From positions 1,052 through 65,051 of the forward strand of contig JAZNJA010000057.1 of assembly GCA_045577755.1 (NCBI GenBank): 64,000 nucleotides of DNA, given 5' to 3'. Shown in pieces: positions 47,665-55,682 of this stretch. The notes beneath the pieces are model-generated. The model did not search any database, was not told where the DNA came from, and worked only from the letters and a program-made list of their open reading frames with translations. The translations under genes and the position numbers were made by a program. Within the stretch, counting starts at the first letter, position 1. The number at the start of each line of letters is the position of its first letter. This DNA is from Eubacteriales bacterium. GTDB taxonomy: Bacteria; Bacillota; Clostridia; Oscillospirales; CAG-272.

Positions 47665-47693
47665 TTGACAAACCGTCCCGATTGTGCTATACT
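47665..47693 (+). promoter_or_regulatory. promoter TTGACA-17-(TGc)TATACT of the zur-znuACB operon
   Basis: TTGACA at 47665-47670 and TATACT at 47688-47693, with TG at -15/-14. Confidence 0.65.
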
Positions 47694-47731
47694 TTTATAC
47701 TGCAAGAATTTGTGCCGAGAGGGGGGATACC

Positions 47732-48196
47732 GTGGCGAGAATCTATAAAACGGCGGGGAGACAGCGCCTGCTGGATTTCTTGGAGAGCCGACCCGACCGC
47801 CAGTTTACGGTGGAGGAGCTTTGTCATGAAATGGACACACAGGACGGCGAGACCAGCCGCAAGAGTACGGTATACCGTCATCTCTCCGAGCTGTGTGACG
47901 AGGGACTGGCGCGGAAATACCGCAGCGATACCCAGTCAGCCTACGTCTACCAGTACGTGGGGTTGGGAGACTGTTGTCACCATTTCCATTTGAAGTGCGT
48001 CACCTGCGGCGAGCTGATCCACCTGGAATGTACTGTCAGCGAGGAGCTTTTGGACCACATATCCGCCCATCACGGCTTTGAGGTGGACAGCGGCCGTTCC
48101 ATTCTGTATGGCCTGTGCGAGGCCTGCGCCTCCCTGAAAAGAAAACAGGATCCCACAAAGCCCAAGGGCTGTGCCTGTGGGCATCATCACGGATAA
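47732..48196 (+). CDS. zur: Fur-family metalloregulator, probably Zur
   Basis: The ORF track gives 47684..48196. The preferred start is GTG 47732, after GAGGGGGGA. There is a winged-helix N-terminus (RQRLLDFLES...TVEELC). CHHFHLKCVTCGELIHLEC and LYGLCEAC supply CxxC pairs. The gene heads a zinc ABC transporter operon. Confidence 0.8.
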   Translation: MARIYKTAGRQRLLDFLESRPDRQFTVEELCHEMDTQDGETSRKSTVYRHLSELCDEGLARKYRSDTQSAYVYQYVGLGDCCHHFHLKCVTCGELIHLECTVSEELLDHISAHHGFEVDSGRSILYGLCEACASLKRKQDPTKPKGCACGHHHG

Positions 48197-48208
48197 GGAT
48201 ATAGGAAT

Positions 48209-49159
48209 ATGAAAAAAAGCATACTGATCTTACTTTGCCTGACCCTTCTTCTGGGTGTAGGAGCAGTCTTCACCGGTTGCGGCTCTACCTCCGACCATAC
48301 GGGAACCACCATTGTCGCCGTCGGATTCGCGGGCTACGATTTCGCCCGCTCCATCCTGTCCCGCTATACCGAAAACGGCGGGGAAGGGGTGGTCCAGCTG
48401 ACGATTCTGGGCAAGCCCGGCCAGGATATGCACAGCTTTGAGCCTACCGCCCAGGACATCATTACCCTGGCGGGGGCCGACGTGGTCATTGCCACGGGGG
48501 CCGAGGGCTGGCTGGACGCCGCCTTGGAATCCTCCGGGAATACCTCCGTGCGGGTGGTCTCCATGATGGAGGCCTGCGACGTGCATGGAGCGGATCACGA
48601 CCATGACCACGGCCATGAGGACGGCTCCTGCGCCCTTATCGGAAACGACGAGCACGTCTGGCTGTCGGTGGATTACGCCGGTCGTATCGTCATGGGCATT
48701 ACCGAAGCTCTGAAGCAGGCGGATCCCGAAAATGCCGCCGCCTGGGAGGCAAGCGCGGGGCAGTACACTGCCGAGCTGGAGGCGCTGAGCGTCGAATTCC
48801 ACGATATGGCCAAAACCGCTGTCCGCAAGCAGGTGGTGGTGGCCGACCGTCATCCCTTTGTGTACCTCTTTTCCGACCTGGGGCTGGACTGTGTAGCCGC
48901 CTTTCCCGGTTGCTCCTCCGAGACCTCGGCCTCCTTTGAGACCCAGGTCAAGCTCATTGAATTCACCAAGGCTCATGAGTTGCCTTATATTTTCATCATT
49001 GATGGCTCAGACAGTAAGGTCGCCGAGGTGGTGGCCGCTGAGACGGGGGCGGAGATCCTGACCCTTAATTCCCTCCAGGTGGTGACCGATTACGAGAACA
49101 CCACCTACCTGTCGGTCATGCGAAGCAATCTGGATAATTTGAAAAAGGCTTTAGGATAA
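48209..49159 (+). CDS. znuA: zinc ABC transporter substrate-binding lipoprotein (ZnuA/TroA family)
   Basis: Lipobox AVFTGC, and the His/Asp-rich loop HGADHDHDHGHEDGS typical of ZnuA. Confidence 0.88.
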   Translation: MKKSILILLCLTLLLGVGAVFTGCGSTSDHTGTTIVAVGFAGYDFARSILSRYTENGGEGVVQLTILGKPGQDMHSFEPTAQDIITLAGADVVIATGAEGWLDAALESSGNTSVRVVSMMEACDVHGADHDHDHGHEDGSCALIGNDEHVWLSVDYAGRIVMGITEALKQADPENAAAWEASAGQYTAELEALSVEFHDMAKTAVRKQVVVADRHPFVYLFSDLGLDCVAAFPGCSSETSASFETQVKLIEFTKAHELPYIFIIDGSDSKVAEVVAAETGAEILTLNSLQVVTDYENTTYLSVMRSNLDNLKKALG

Positions 49160-49169
49160 AGGATAATTT

Positions 49170-50057
49170 ATGTCTTTGATCACTTGTGAAAATCTCACCC
49201 TCGCCTACGACACGGGGGTGGTGGCCTCGGGGGTGAGCTTCACTCTGGAGGCGGAGAGCTATCTCTGCATTGTGGGAGAGAATGGCTCCGGCAAAAGCAC
49301 TCTGCTCAAATCCATGCTGGGACTTCACCCCGTGGACGGCGGTGTTCTGACCATTGATCCCACCGTCCGCAGATGCGGTATCGGATATCTTCCCCAGCAT
49401 ACCCCCGCCCAAAGAGATTTTCCGGCTTCGGTGCGAGAGATCGTGCGATCGGGTTGCCTGAAAAAGAGCGGTTTCCGTCCCTTTTGGCGGGCGTCCGACA
49501 AAAAGATGGCCGACGAGGCTATGGCGCGGATGGGTATCGACCATCTGGCGGGGAAGTGCTACCGCGAGCTGTCGGGAGGCCAACAGCAGAGAGTCCTGCT
49601 GGCAAGAGCCTACTGTGCCACGGGCAAGCTGATCCTTCTGGACGAGCCCATCGCGGGGCTGGATCCCATGGCCATGACCGAAATGTACCGCATGATCGCT
49701 GACCTCAACCGGGAGGGGGTGGCGGTGGTCATGGTGTCCCACGACGTTTCCGCCGCAGTGCAGTACGCCACCCACATTCTCCATATGGGCAAGACTACCT
49801 CCTTCTTCGGCACCACCGAGGCCTATCTGGCTACCCCCGTGGGTCAGCAGTTCGCCCGCCGCGAGGGAGGGAGCTACGGGGACTGGAGCCCCAAGACCGC
49901 CTGGGACGCTCCCGATATCGGAAGGATCCTGGACGTTCGCGCGGCTCCCGACGCCCGTTCGGTGCTGGGTGCCCGCGGCGTATCCCGTGACCGCAATCTT
50001 ACCGCAACCCGCCGACGGGGCGGGGCTACATCCAAAGGAGAGGGGGAGGATGCATGA
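49170..50057 (+). CDS. znuC: zinc ABC transporter ATP-binding protein with a ~50-aa Arg/Gly-rich C-terminal extension
   Basis: Walker A GENGSGKSTLLK, signature LSGGQQQRVLLARA and Walker B LILLDEP. The gene overlaps znuB by 4 nt. Confidence 0.88.
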   Translation: MSLITCENLTLAYDTGVVASGVSFTLEAESYLCIVGENGSGKSTLLKSMLGLHPVDGGVLTIDPTVRRCGIGYLPQHTPAQRDFPASVREIVRSGCLKKSGFRPFWRASDKKMADEAMARMGIDHLAGKCYRELSGGQQQRVLLARAYCATGKLILLDEPIAGLDPMAMTEMYRMIADLNREGVAVVMVSHDVSAAVQYATHILHMGKTTSFFGTTEAYLATPVGQQFARREGGSYGDWSPKTAWDAPDIGRILDVRAAPDARSVLGARGVSRDRNLTATRRRGGATSKGEGEDA

Positions 50058-50899
50058 ATATCATCGAACGGCTCCAAACCTACTTCTCCTACGGCTTTGT
50101 CCGCTACGCCTTCATCGCGGGGGTGCTGATCTCTCTGTGCGCGGGGCTTCTGGGGGTGGTTCTGGTGCTCAAGCGCTATGCCATGATCGGAGACGGCCTG
50201 TCCCACGTGGCCTTCGGGGCCATGGCTGTGGCGGCGGTGCTGGGCTTTGCCCCCATGACCGTGGCTCTGCCCGTAACGGTAGCCGTTGCGGTACTCCTCC
50301 TTTTGGCGGGGGAAAAGCAGCTCATCAAGGGAGACTCGGCCATCGCCATGCTCTCTGCCGGCTCTCTGGCGGTGGGCTATCTCCTGCTCAACCTCTTCCC
50401 CGCCTCGGATACGGGGAGCCTATCGGGGGACGTCTGCGCCTCTCTATTCGGCTCTACCTCCATGATGACCCTGCAGGGCAGTGACGTCTGGCTCTGCGTG
50501 GGCCTTTCGGTTGCGGTGATCGGGTTTTTCATCATTTTCTATAATAAGATCTTCGCCGTGACCTTCGACGAGGGCTTTGCCACCTCCTCGGGCGTCCGCG
50601 TCCGCGCCTATAACTTCCTCATTGCGGCGGTCAGCGGTATCGTCATCGTCCTGGCCATGAAGCTGGTGGGGGCGCTGCTCATTTCCTCCCTGATCATTTT
50701 CCCTGCCCTGTCGGCCATGCGGGTGTTCCGCAGCTTCCGCTCGGTGATCGTCTGCTCGGCGGTGATCTCGGTGGTGGGGTCCTTGACGGGACTGCTCTGC
50801 GCTCTGCTCTTTTCCACCCCTACGGGAGCCTCGGTGGCGGTTGTGCATATCGTGATATTCCTGGTATTTACCATTCTGGGCAAGCTTCGCCGCACTTGA
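50054..50899 (+). CDS. znuB: zinc ABC transporter permease (ABC-3 family)
   Basis: A multi-TM protein with LKRYAMIGDGLSHVAFGAMA, typical of ZnuB/TroCD. The stop TGA (50897-50899) is the first triplet of family-B repeat copy B2a. Confidence 0.88.
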   Translation: MNIIERLQTYFSYGFVRYAFIAGVLISLCAGLLGVVLVLKRYAMIGDGLSHVAFGAMAVAAVLGFAPMTVALPVTVAVAVLLLLAGEKQLIKGDSAIAMLSAGSLAVGYLLLNLFPASDTGSLSGDVCASLFGSTSMMTLQGSDVWLCVGLSVAVIGFFIIFYNKIFAVTFDEGFATSSGVRVRAYNFLIAAVSGIVIVLAMKLVGALLISSLIIFPALSAMRVFRSFRSVIVCSAVISVVGSLTGLLCALLFSTPTGASVAVVHIVIFLVFTILGKLRRT

Positions 50900-51020
50900 C
50901 TGTAATCACCGTATTACCCTTTGATGCATATAGCAAATTTACAGGTCTTATCAATTCTGAATCAGTTTTGGCCCGTATGACTGTAACCACCATATAACCC
51001 ATTGATACACAAGGATATTT
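50897..51020 (+). repeat. two tandem family-B cassette copies filling the znuB-rlmN intergenic region
   Basis: Copy 50897-50940 reads TGACTGTAATCACCGTATTACCCTTTGATGCATATAGCAAATTT. Copy 50977-51020 reads TGACTGTAACCACCATATAACCCATTGATACACAAGGATATTT. The second copy ends 2 nt before the rlmN ATG. Confidence 0.75.
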
Positions 51021-51022
51021 TT

Positions 51023-52105
51023 ATGAAAGACTTACTCTCTGTTACCCCTGCCGAGCTGGAGGAGCTGATCCTCTCGGTGGGCGAGCCGAAATACCGAGCC
51101 GGGCAGATGTTCCCCCAGCTCCACAAGGGTCTGTCCCCCGAGGAGATGACCAATATCGGCAAGAAGACCCGCGAAAAGCTGGCGACGGTGGCCGAGTATC
51201 ACCTCCCTCAAGTGCGCCGCAAGCTGGTGTCGGCTCTGGACGGCACCGTGAAATACCTCTTTGAACTGCGGGACGGCCACTGCGTGGAGTCGGTGGTTAT
51301 GCGCTACAACCACGGCAATACCATCTGCATTTCCTCTCAGGTGGGGTGCCGCATGGGGTGCAAGTTCTGCGCCTCCACCATCGGCGGTAAGGTCCGCGAC
51401 CTCATCCCCGGGGAGCTTCTGGGTCAGGTCATCGCCGCCCGGAAGGATCTGGGGGAGCGCATTTCCAACATCGTCATGATGGGCATCGGCGAGCCCCTGG
51501 ACAACTACGACAACGTAGTGAAGTTTCTCCGCCTGGTGGCCCACCCCGACGGATTGAACATCGGCTACCGCCACATCTCCCTGTCCACCTGCGGGGTGGT
51601 CTCGGGGATCTACAGGCTGGCTGAGGAGGAGTTTCCCATCACCCTGTCCATCTCCCTCCACGCCCCCAACGATGCCACCCGCTCCTCCATCATGCCTGTG
51701 AACAACCGCTGGGGCGTGGACGAGCTGCTCACCGCCTGCAAGGATTACTACGATAAGACCGGCCGCCGCCTGTCCTTTGAATATACCCTCATTGCGGGCA
51801 AAAATGACACCGTGGAGGGTGCTTCCGAGCTGGCAAACGTCCTCAACCGCCACCTCCGCACCCGCACCACCACTATGCCCATCCACGTCAACCTCATCCC
51901 CGTCAACGAGGTGGAGGAGACCGGCTTTTCCCGCTCCAGCGACGAGGCGGTGAAGGCCTTTGCGGCGGTACTGGAGAAGCGGGGCATCCGCGCCACGGTA
52001 CGCAGAAAGCTGGGGGCCGACATCAACGCCTCCTGCGGTCAGCTCCGAAGAGCCGAGCAGAAGGCCGCCGAAACAGCCGAAAAGACCGACTCCGACGAGA
52101 CTTGA
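51023..52105 (+). CDS. rlmN: 23S rRNA/tRNA (adenine-C2)-methyltransferase RlmN, radical SAM
   Basis: The ORF track gives 51002..52105, and ATG 51023 is preferred. YRAGQMF, the radical-SAM motif CRMGCKFCAS, MGIGEPLDN and ASCGQL are present. Confidence 0.93.
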   Translation: MKDLLSVTPAELEELILSVGEPKYRAGQMFPQLHKGLSPEEMTNIGKKTREKLATVAEYHLPQVRRKLVSALDGTVKYLFELRDGHCVESVVMRYNHGNTICISSQVGCRMGCKFCASTIGGKVRDLIPGELLGQVIAARKDLGERISNIVMMGIGEPLDNYDNVVKFLRLVAHPDGLNIGYRHISLSTCGVVSGIYRLAEEEFPITLSISLHAPNDATRSSIMPVNNRWGVDELLTACKDYYDKTGRRLSFEYTLIAGKNDTVEGASELANVLNRHLRTRTTTMPIHVNLIPVNEVEETGFSRSSDEAVKAFAAVLEKRGIRATVRRKLGADINASCGQLRRAEQKAAETAEKTDSDET

Positions 52106-52154
52106 CCTCGTATCCGTTACACGCATATAACCCATTGATAAATAAGGATATTTT
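52103..52154 (+). repeat. family-B cassette spanning exactly from the rlmN stop codon to the next start codon
   Basis: TGACCTCGTATCCGTTACACGCATATAACCCATTGATAAATAAGGATATTTT is followed directly by ATG at 52155. Confidence 0.75.
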
Positions 52155-52676
52155 ATGATGTACTCTTTTGAATCAAGCGGCTCCAGAAAGCCCCTCCATG
52201 CCATGGTGATCGGAGCTTTGGTGGGCGCGGCGGTGCTGTTCTCATTGGGGACCCTGCCCGACGTCCCTCTCCCCTCCCTGTTCCAGATGGGGGCTATTCT
52301 CTGCGCCACCCTGGCGGTCTACCTGACGGTGCGCTACTCCCTCCGTACCTACCGCTACGCCATCCAGCCCAACACTATCGTGGACGCCGAAGGGGTGGAG
52401 CAGTACGATCTGGTCATCACCGAGATCACGGGCAAGAAGATGAAGGTGGTCTGCCGCGTGGGGCTTCGCACCGTGGATCACTATCAAGTGACGGTCTTCA
52501 CACGCGGAAAAACAGACGAATACGAGAGAGGCCTGCTCTGCGCGAGAAAAAAAGTATTCAGGTATGAAAACACACCCATCTCTCCCGCGTCCTGTTACAT
52601 CCCCATCCCCGAGGAAAACGCCGTGGTGGTGATTCCTGCGGACGAGCGGATGGTGGAGATATTGAAGGCAAGGTAA
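52155..52676 (+). CDS. hypothetical membrane protein
   Basis: 173 aa with two hydrophobic segments near the N-terminus. The stop TAA (52674-52676) is fused to a TAAATTGGGG family-A terminus. Confidence 0.5.
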   Translation: MMYSFESSGSRKPLHAMVIGALVGAAVLFSLGTLPDVPLPSLFQMGAILCATLAVYLTVRYSLRTYRYAIQPNTIVDAEGVEQYDLVITEITGKKMKVVCRVGLRTVDHYQVTVFTRGKTDEYERGLLCARKKVFRYENTPISPASCYIPIPEENAVVVIPADERMVEILKAR

Positions 52677-52703
52677 ATTGGGGTGTAACTATTCAGCCAC
52701 CTT

Positions 52704-52864
52704 CAAATTGGGATTTTTCGGTGTCTATTAAAGGGTCATCCTGAGCGGAGCCGCTTGCGGCGGAGTCGAAGGATCTCCTTTGCCGACAAGAGATCCTTCG
52801 ACTCCGGGCTTCGCCCTCCGCTCAGGATGACCACATCAACAACTCACCGACAAACCCAAATTTG
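52704..52864. repeat. family-A element copy A2 (161 bp) carrying a 99-nt three-way hairpin
   Basis: The ends are CAAATTGGGATTTTTCGGTG (52704-52723) and CACCGACAAACCCAAATTTG (52845-52864). The outer stem is GGTCATCCTGAGCGGAG (52734-52750) / CTCCGCTCAGGATGACC (52816-52832). The inner stem is CGGAGTCGAAGGATCTC (52761-52777) / GAGATCCTTCGACTCCG (52790-52806). Side hairpins are CCGCttGCGG and GGCttcGCC. Confidence 0.85.
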
Positions 52865-52883
52865 AATTCTAAAGGAGGTTCCC

Positions 52884-53813
52884 ATGTACTACCTGTACGT
52901 CCCTTACCATGGCACCGAATCCCGCCTCCCCGAGGCTTACAACGATCTGACCGCCGCCAAGGCCGCCGCTGACGGGAAGGCCGTCTACGGCTACTGCGTC
53001 TGTGACGAGTCGGGCGAGGGGGTCTACTCCCCCGTTGGCTCCTTCACCGCCTCCCACATCCTGTGGCACGCCAAGGACGTGGCCGACTATATGCGGATCC
53101 ATGAGTACACCTACGGCGACGCGGATCAGAATCCCGCTCTGGACAAATACTCCGAGAATCCCGAAAAGAAGACTTCCTGCGACCGCTTCTGCGGGTGGGT
53201 GCTCTGCGAGGCGGGGTACGTGGCCCATCAGCCGAAAACCAAGGGTCTGCCCCTGTACTTCTCCCCCAATCTGGAGGAGTTCCTGGTCAAGTACGGCTTT
53301 ACCCGCATCGATGACGCCGCCGACCTTCGTCCCGGTGACGTCGTTTTCGAGGGGGATTCCCGCCATTTCGGCCCCGGCTTCCCCGATCAGTTCCGCGACT
53401 TTCCCCGCCATGTTTTCATCCACGCGGGACCTGCTGAGGACGGCCTGTTCTACCGATACGATTCGGGTTCGGATCAGCGCATCCAGTCGGTTCAGCCCAT
53501 GATCGAGCGGCTCATTAAGCCCGAGCAGAACCGGTATTTCCGCTTCGCCTACCGTGCGCCTGCTTTGGAGGAGGTCACTCACATCAGTGCCCACGCCCTC
53601 TGCACCAACAACCGCGGCGCCCTGGAGAAGAGTGACCGTTGCGGTTGCTTCTACTGCGAGAGGATCTATGATCCTAAAGAGATCAAGGACTGGACGGATA
53701 ACGGCAAAACCGCCATGTGCGGCCATTGCGGGATCGATTCGGTGATCCCCGATACCGAGGAGTACCCTCTGACTCCCGATTTATTGAAGAAGATGCGCGG
53801 CTACTGGTTTTGA
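52884..53813 (+). CDS. hypothetical protein: possible papain-like (NlpC/P60-like) Cys/His core plus C-terminal four-Cys zinc-ribbon-like module
   Basis: AAAGGAGG lies 6 nt upstream of the ATG. CDRFCGWVLCEAGY ... GDVVFEGD ... HVFIHAG suggests a Cys-His hydrolase fold, but this is weak. The C-terminus reads CGCFYCERIYDPKEIKDWTDNGKTAMCGHCGIDSVIP. Confidence 0.5.
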   Translation: MYYLYVPYHGTESRLPEAYNDLTAAKAAADGKAVYGYCVCDESGEGVYSPVGSFTASHILWHAKDVADYMRIHEYTYGDADQNPALDKYSENPEKKTSCDRFCGWVLCEAGYVAHQPKTKGLPLYFSPNLEEFLVKYGFTRIDDAADLRPGDVVFEGDSRHFGPGFPDQFRDFPRHVFIHAGPAEDGLFYRYDSGSDQRIQSVQPMIERLIKPEQNRYFRFAYRAPALEEVTHISAHALCTNNRGALEKSDRCGCFYCERIYDPKEIKDWTDNGKTAMCGHCGIDSVIPDTEEYPLTPDLLKKMRGYWF

Positions 53814-53837
53814 TCTCGTCGCGGTAAGGAGTTCATT

Positions 53838-54704
53838 ATGAGCAAGTCAAAGGTCTATTTTTCCCCTGTCATCACTCCCGAGAAGGTGCTGGAAATGTAT
53901 GATATTCTGGGCGTGACCCTGCCCGGAAACGTGGCCGTCAAGGTCCATTCCGGTGAGAAGGGCAATCAGAACTTCCTGCGCCCCGATTTCTGGAAGCCCG
54001 TCATCGACCGCGTGGGGGGCACCGTGGTGGAGTGCAATACCGCCTACGAGGGTATGCGCAACACCACCGAGCGGCACCGTCAGCTCTTCCGTGAGCACGG
54101 CTGGATGGACTACTACAAGGTGGATCTCTTGGACGCCGAGGGACCCGATCTGGTTTTGGATATCCCCGACGGTAAGGTGATTCAAAAGAACTACGTGGGC
54201 AAGGATATTGCCAATTACGACTCCATGCTGGTGCTGTCCCACTTCAAGGGGCATCCCATGGGAGGCTACGGCGGGGCGCTGAAGCAGCTGTCCATCGGTT
54301 GCGCCTCCTCCTTCGGTAAGCAGTACATCCACGGCGCGGGGGATCCCGAGGCCTTCTGGACGGCGGAGCGCAATAAGTTCCTGGAGTCCATGGCCGACGC
54401 CGCCGCCTCGGTGGTGGAGCTGTTCAAGGGGCAGATCGTGTATATCAACGTCATGAAGAATATGTCGGTGGACTGCGACTGCTGTGCCGTGGCCGAGGAT
54501 CCCTGCATTGCCGACATCGGTATTCTGGTCTCCACCGATCCCATCGCCATCGACCGGGCCTGCGTGGATCTGGTGTACGCTTGCTCGGATCCCGGCAAGC
54601 CTCACCTCATCGAGCGCATTGAGTCCCGCAACGGTGTGCATACCATTGAGGCCGCCGCCGAGCTGGGGTTCGGGTCGCGGGAGTATGAGTTGATCAAGGT
54701 GTAA
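53838..54704 (+). CDS. DUF362 domain protein
   Basis: MSKSKVYFS..., VKVHSGEKGN, and LSHFKGHPMGGYGGALKQLSIGC resemble the DUF362 family. Confidence 0.65.
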   Translation: MSKSKVYFSPVITPEKVLEMYDILGVTLPGNVAVKVHSGEKGNQNFLRPDFWKPVIDRVGGTVVECNTAYEGMRNTTERHRQLFREHGWMDYYKVDLLDAEGPDLVLDIPDGKVIQKNYVGKDIANYDSMLVLSHFKGHPMGGYGGALKQLSIGCASSFGKQYIHGAGDPEAFWTAERNKFLESMADAAASVVELFKGQIVYINVMKNMSVDCDCCAVAEDPCIADIGILVSTDPIAIDRACVDLVYACSDPGKPHLIERIESRNGVHTIEAAAELGFGSREYELIKV

Positions 54705-54708
54705 GACC

Positions 54709-55581
54709 ATGAACAGCAATTGTTTCACGGTCTGCGGGCTTTTGCTCATGGACGGTCGGGTGCTTCTGGTGCGCCACACCTACGGTACCGCCAAGGATCG
54801 TATTCTGCTCCCCGGTGGATACGTCCATGACGGTGAGCTTCCTACTGCAGCGGCGGAGCGGGAGATCTTCGAGGAGACGGGAGTCTGCGCCCACGCCGAT
54901 TCCCTGCTGGCTATGCAGTTCAAGGATGATCAATGGTGCGCCGTGTTCCGCATGGAGTATCTGGAGGGAAAGCCCCGTTCCGACGGGTATGAGAACAGCG
55001 AGGTGTTGCTTCTTTCTCCCGAGGAGGCGGTGGCACGTCCCGATATCACCAACATGAGCCGCGCTATCCTGAAGGCCTATTTGAAGGACGGCGGCGAGGG
55101 GCTTATGCGGAGCGACTATATCTCTCCGTCGAGTGACGCGGCACATTACACGCTGTTCCAGAACGGCGGGTACGAGTACGACGCCAAGGCCGAGTGCGAG
55201 GGCGCGGTGAGTGCCATCGCGGAAGCGTTGACCGCAAAAGGATTTTCGAAGAACGGGAATCTGTTCTACCGTTACCGAGAGGGTAAGAATGCCGCCGAGG
55301 TGATCGGTCTGCAACGGTCGCAGTTCAATTACGAGACGAGCTATTCCTTTACCTTGAACGTCGGTCTTGTCAAGGCAACCGCCTTTGGGGCTGAGAAGCT
55401 GACCGCCGCTCTGATCAAGAGCGCACCGCAGGCTTACTTCGAGCGGTCGGGTATCCTGTGTCACGGGTGGGACCTGTGGTACAAGTTCTCCCTGAAGGAT
55501 CGGCACGGAGGGGATTACGTGAAGGACGTGATCCTGCCCGATCTCGACAAGGTCCTGTCTCATCTGGAAGCCCGGACGTAA
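54709..55581 (+). CDS. NUDIX hydrolase with a C-terminal extension (DUF4304-like)
   Basis: The NUDIX box reads GGYVHDGELPTAAAEREIFEETGV. The C-terminal ~150 aa (FSKNGNLFYRY...FTLNVGL) resembles DUF4304. Confidence 0.7.
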   Translation: MNSNCFTVCGLLLMDGRVLLVRHTYGTAKDRILLPGGYVHDGELPTAAAEREIFEETGVCAHADSLLAMQFKDDQWCAVFRMEYLEGKPRSDGYENSEVLLLSPEEAVARPDITNMSRAILKAYLKDGGEGLMRSDYISPSSDAAHYTLFQNGGYEYDAKAECEGAVSAIAEALTAKGFSKNGNLFYRYREGKNAAEVIGLQRSQFNYETSYSFTLNVGLVKATAFGAEKLTAALIKSAPQAYFERSGILCHGWDLWYKFSLKDRHGGDYVKDVILPDLDKVLSHLEART

Positions 55582-55583
55582 CG

Positions 55584-55616
55584 GGAGGCCGCCATGGCGG
55601 CCTCCTTTCCTTTTGC
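55584..55616 (+). terminator. intrinsic terminator
   Basis: GGAGGCCGCC-at-GGCGGCCTCC followed by TTTCCTTTTG. Confidence 0.7.
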
Positions 55617-55682
55617 ACAATTTTGGAACCGTTGAATGAACCGAAACACCCCTCACCGTGCGGTAAGGGGTGTTTTTTTGTT

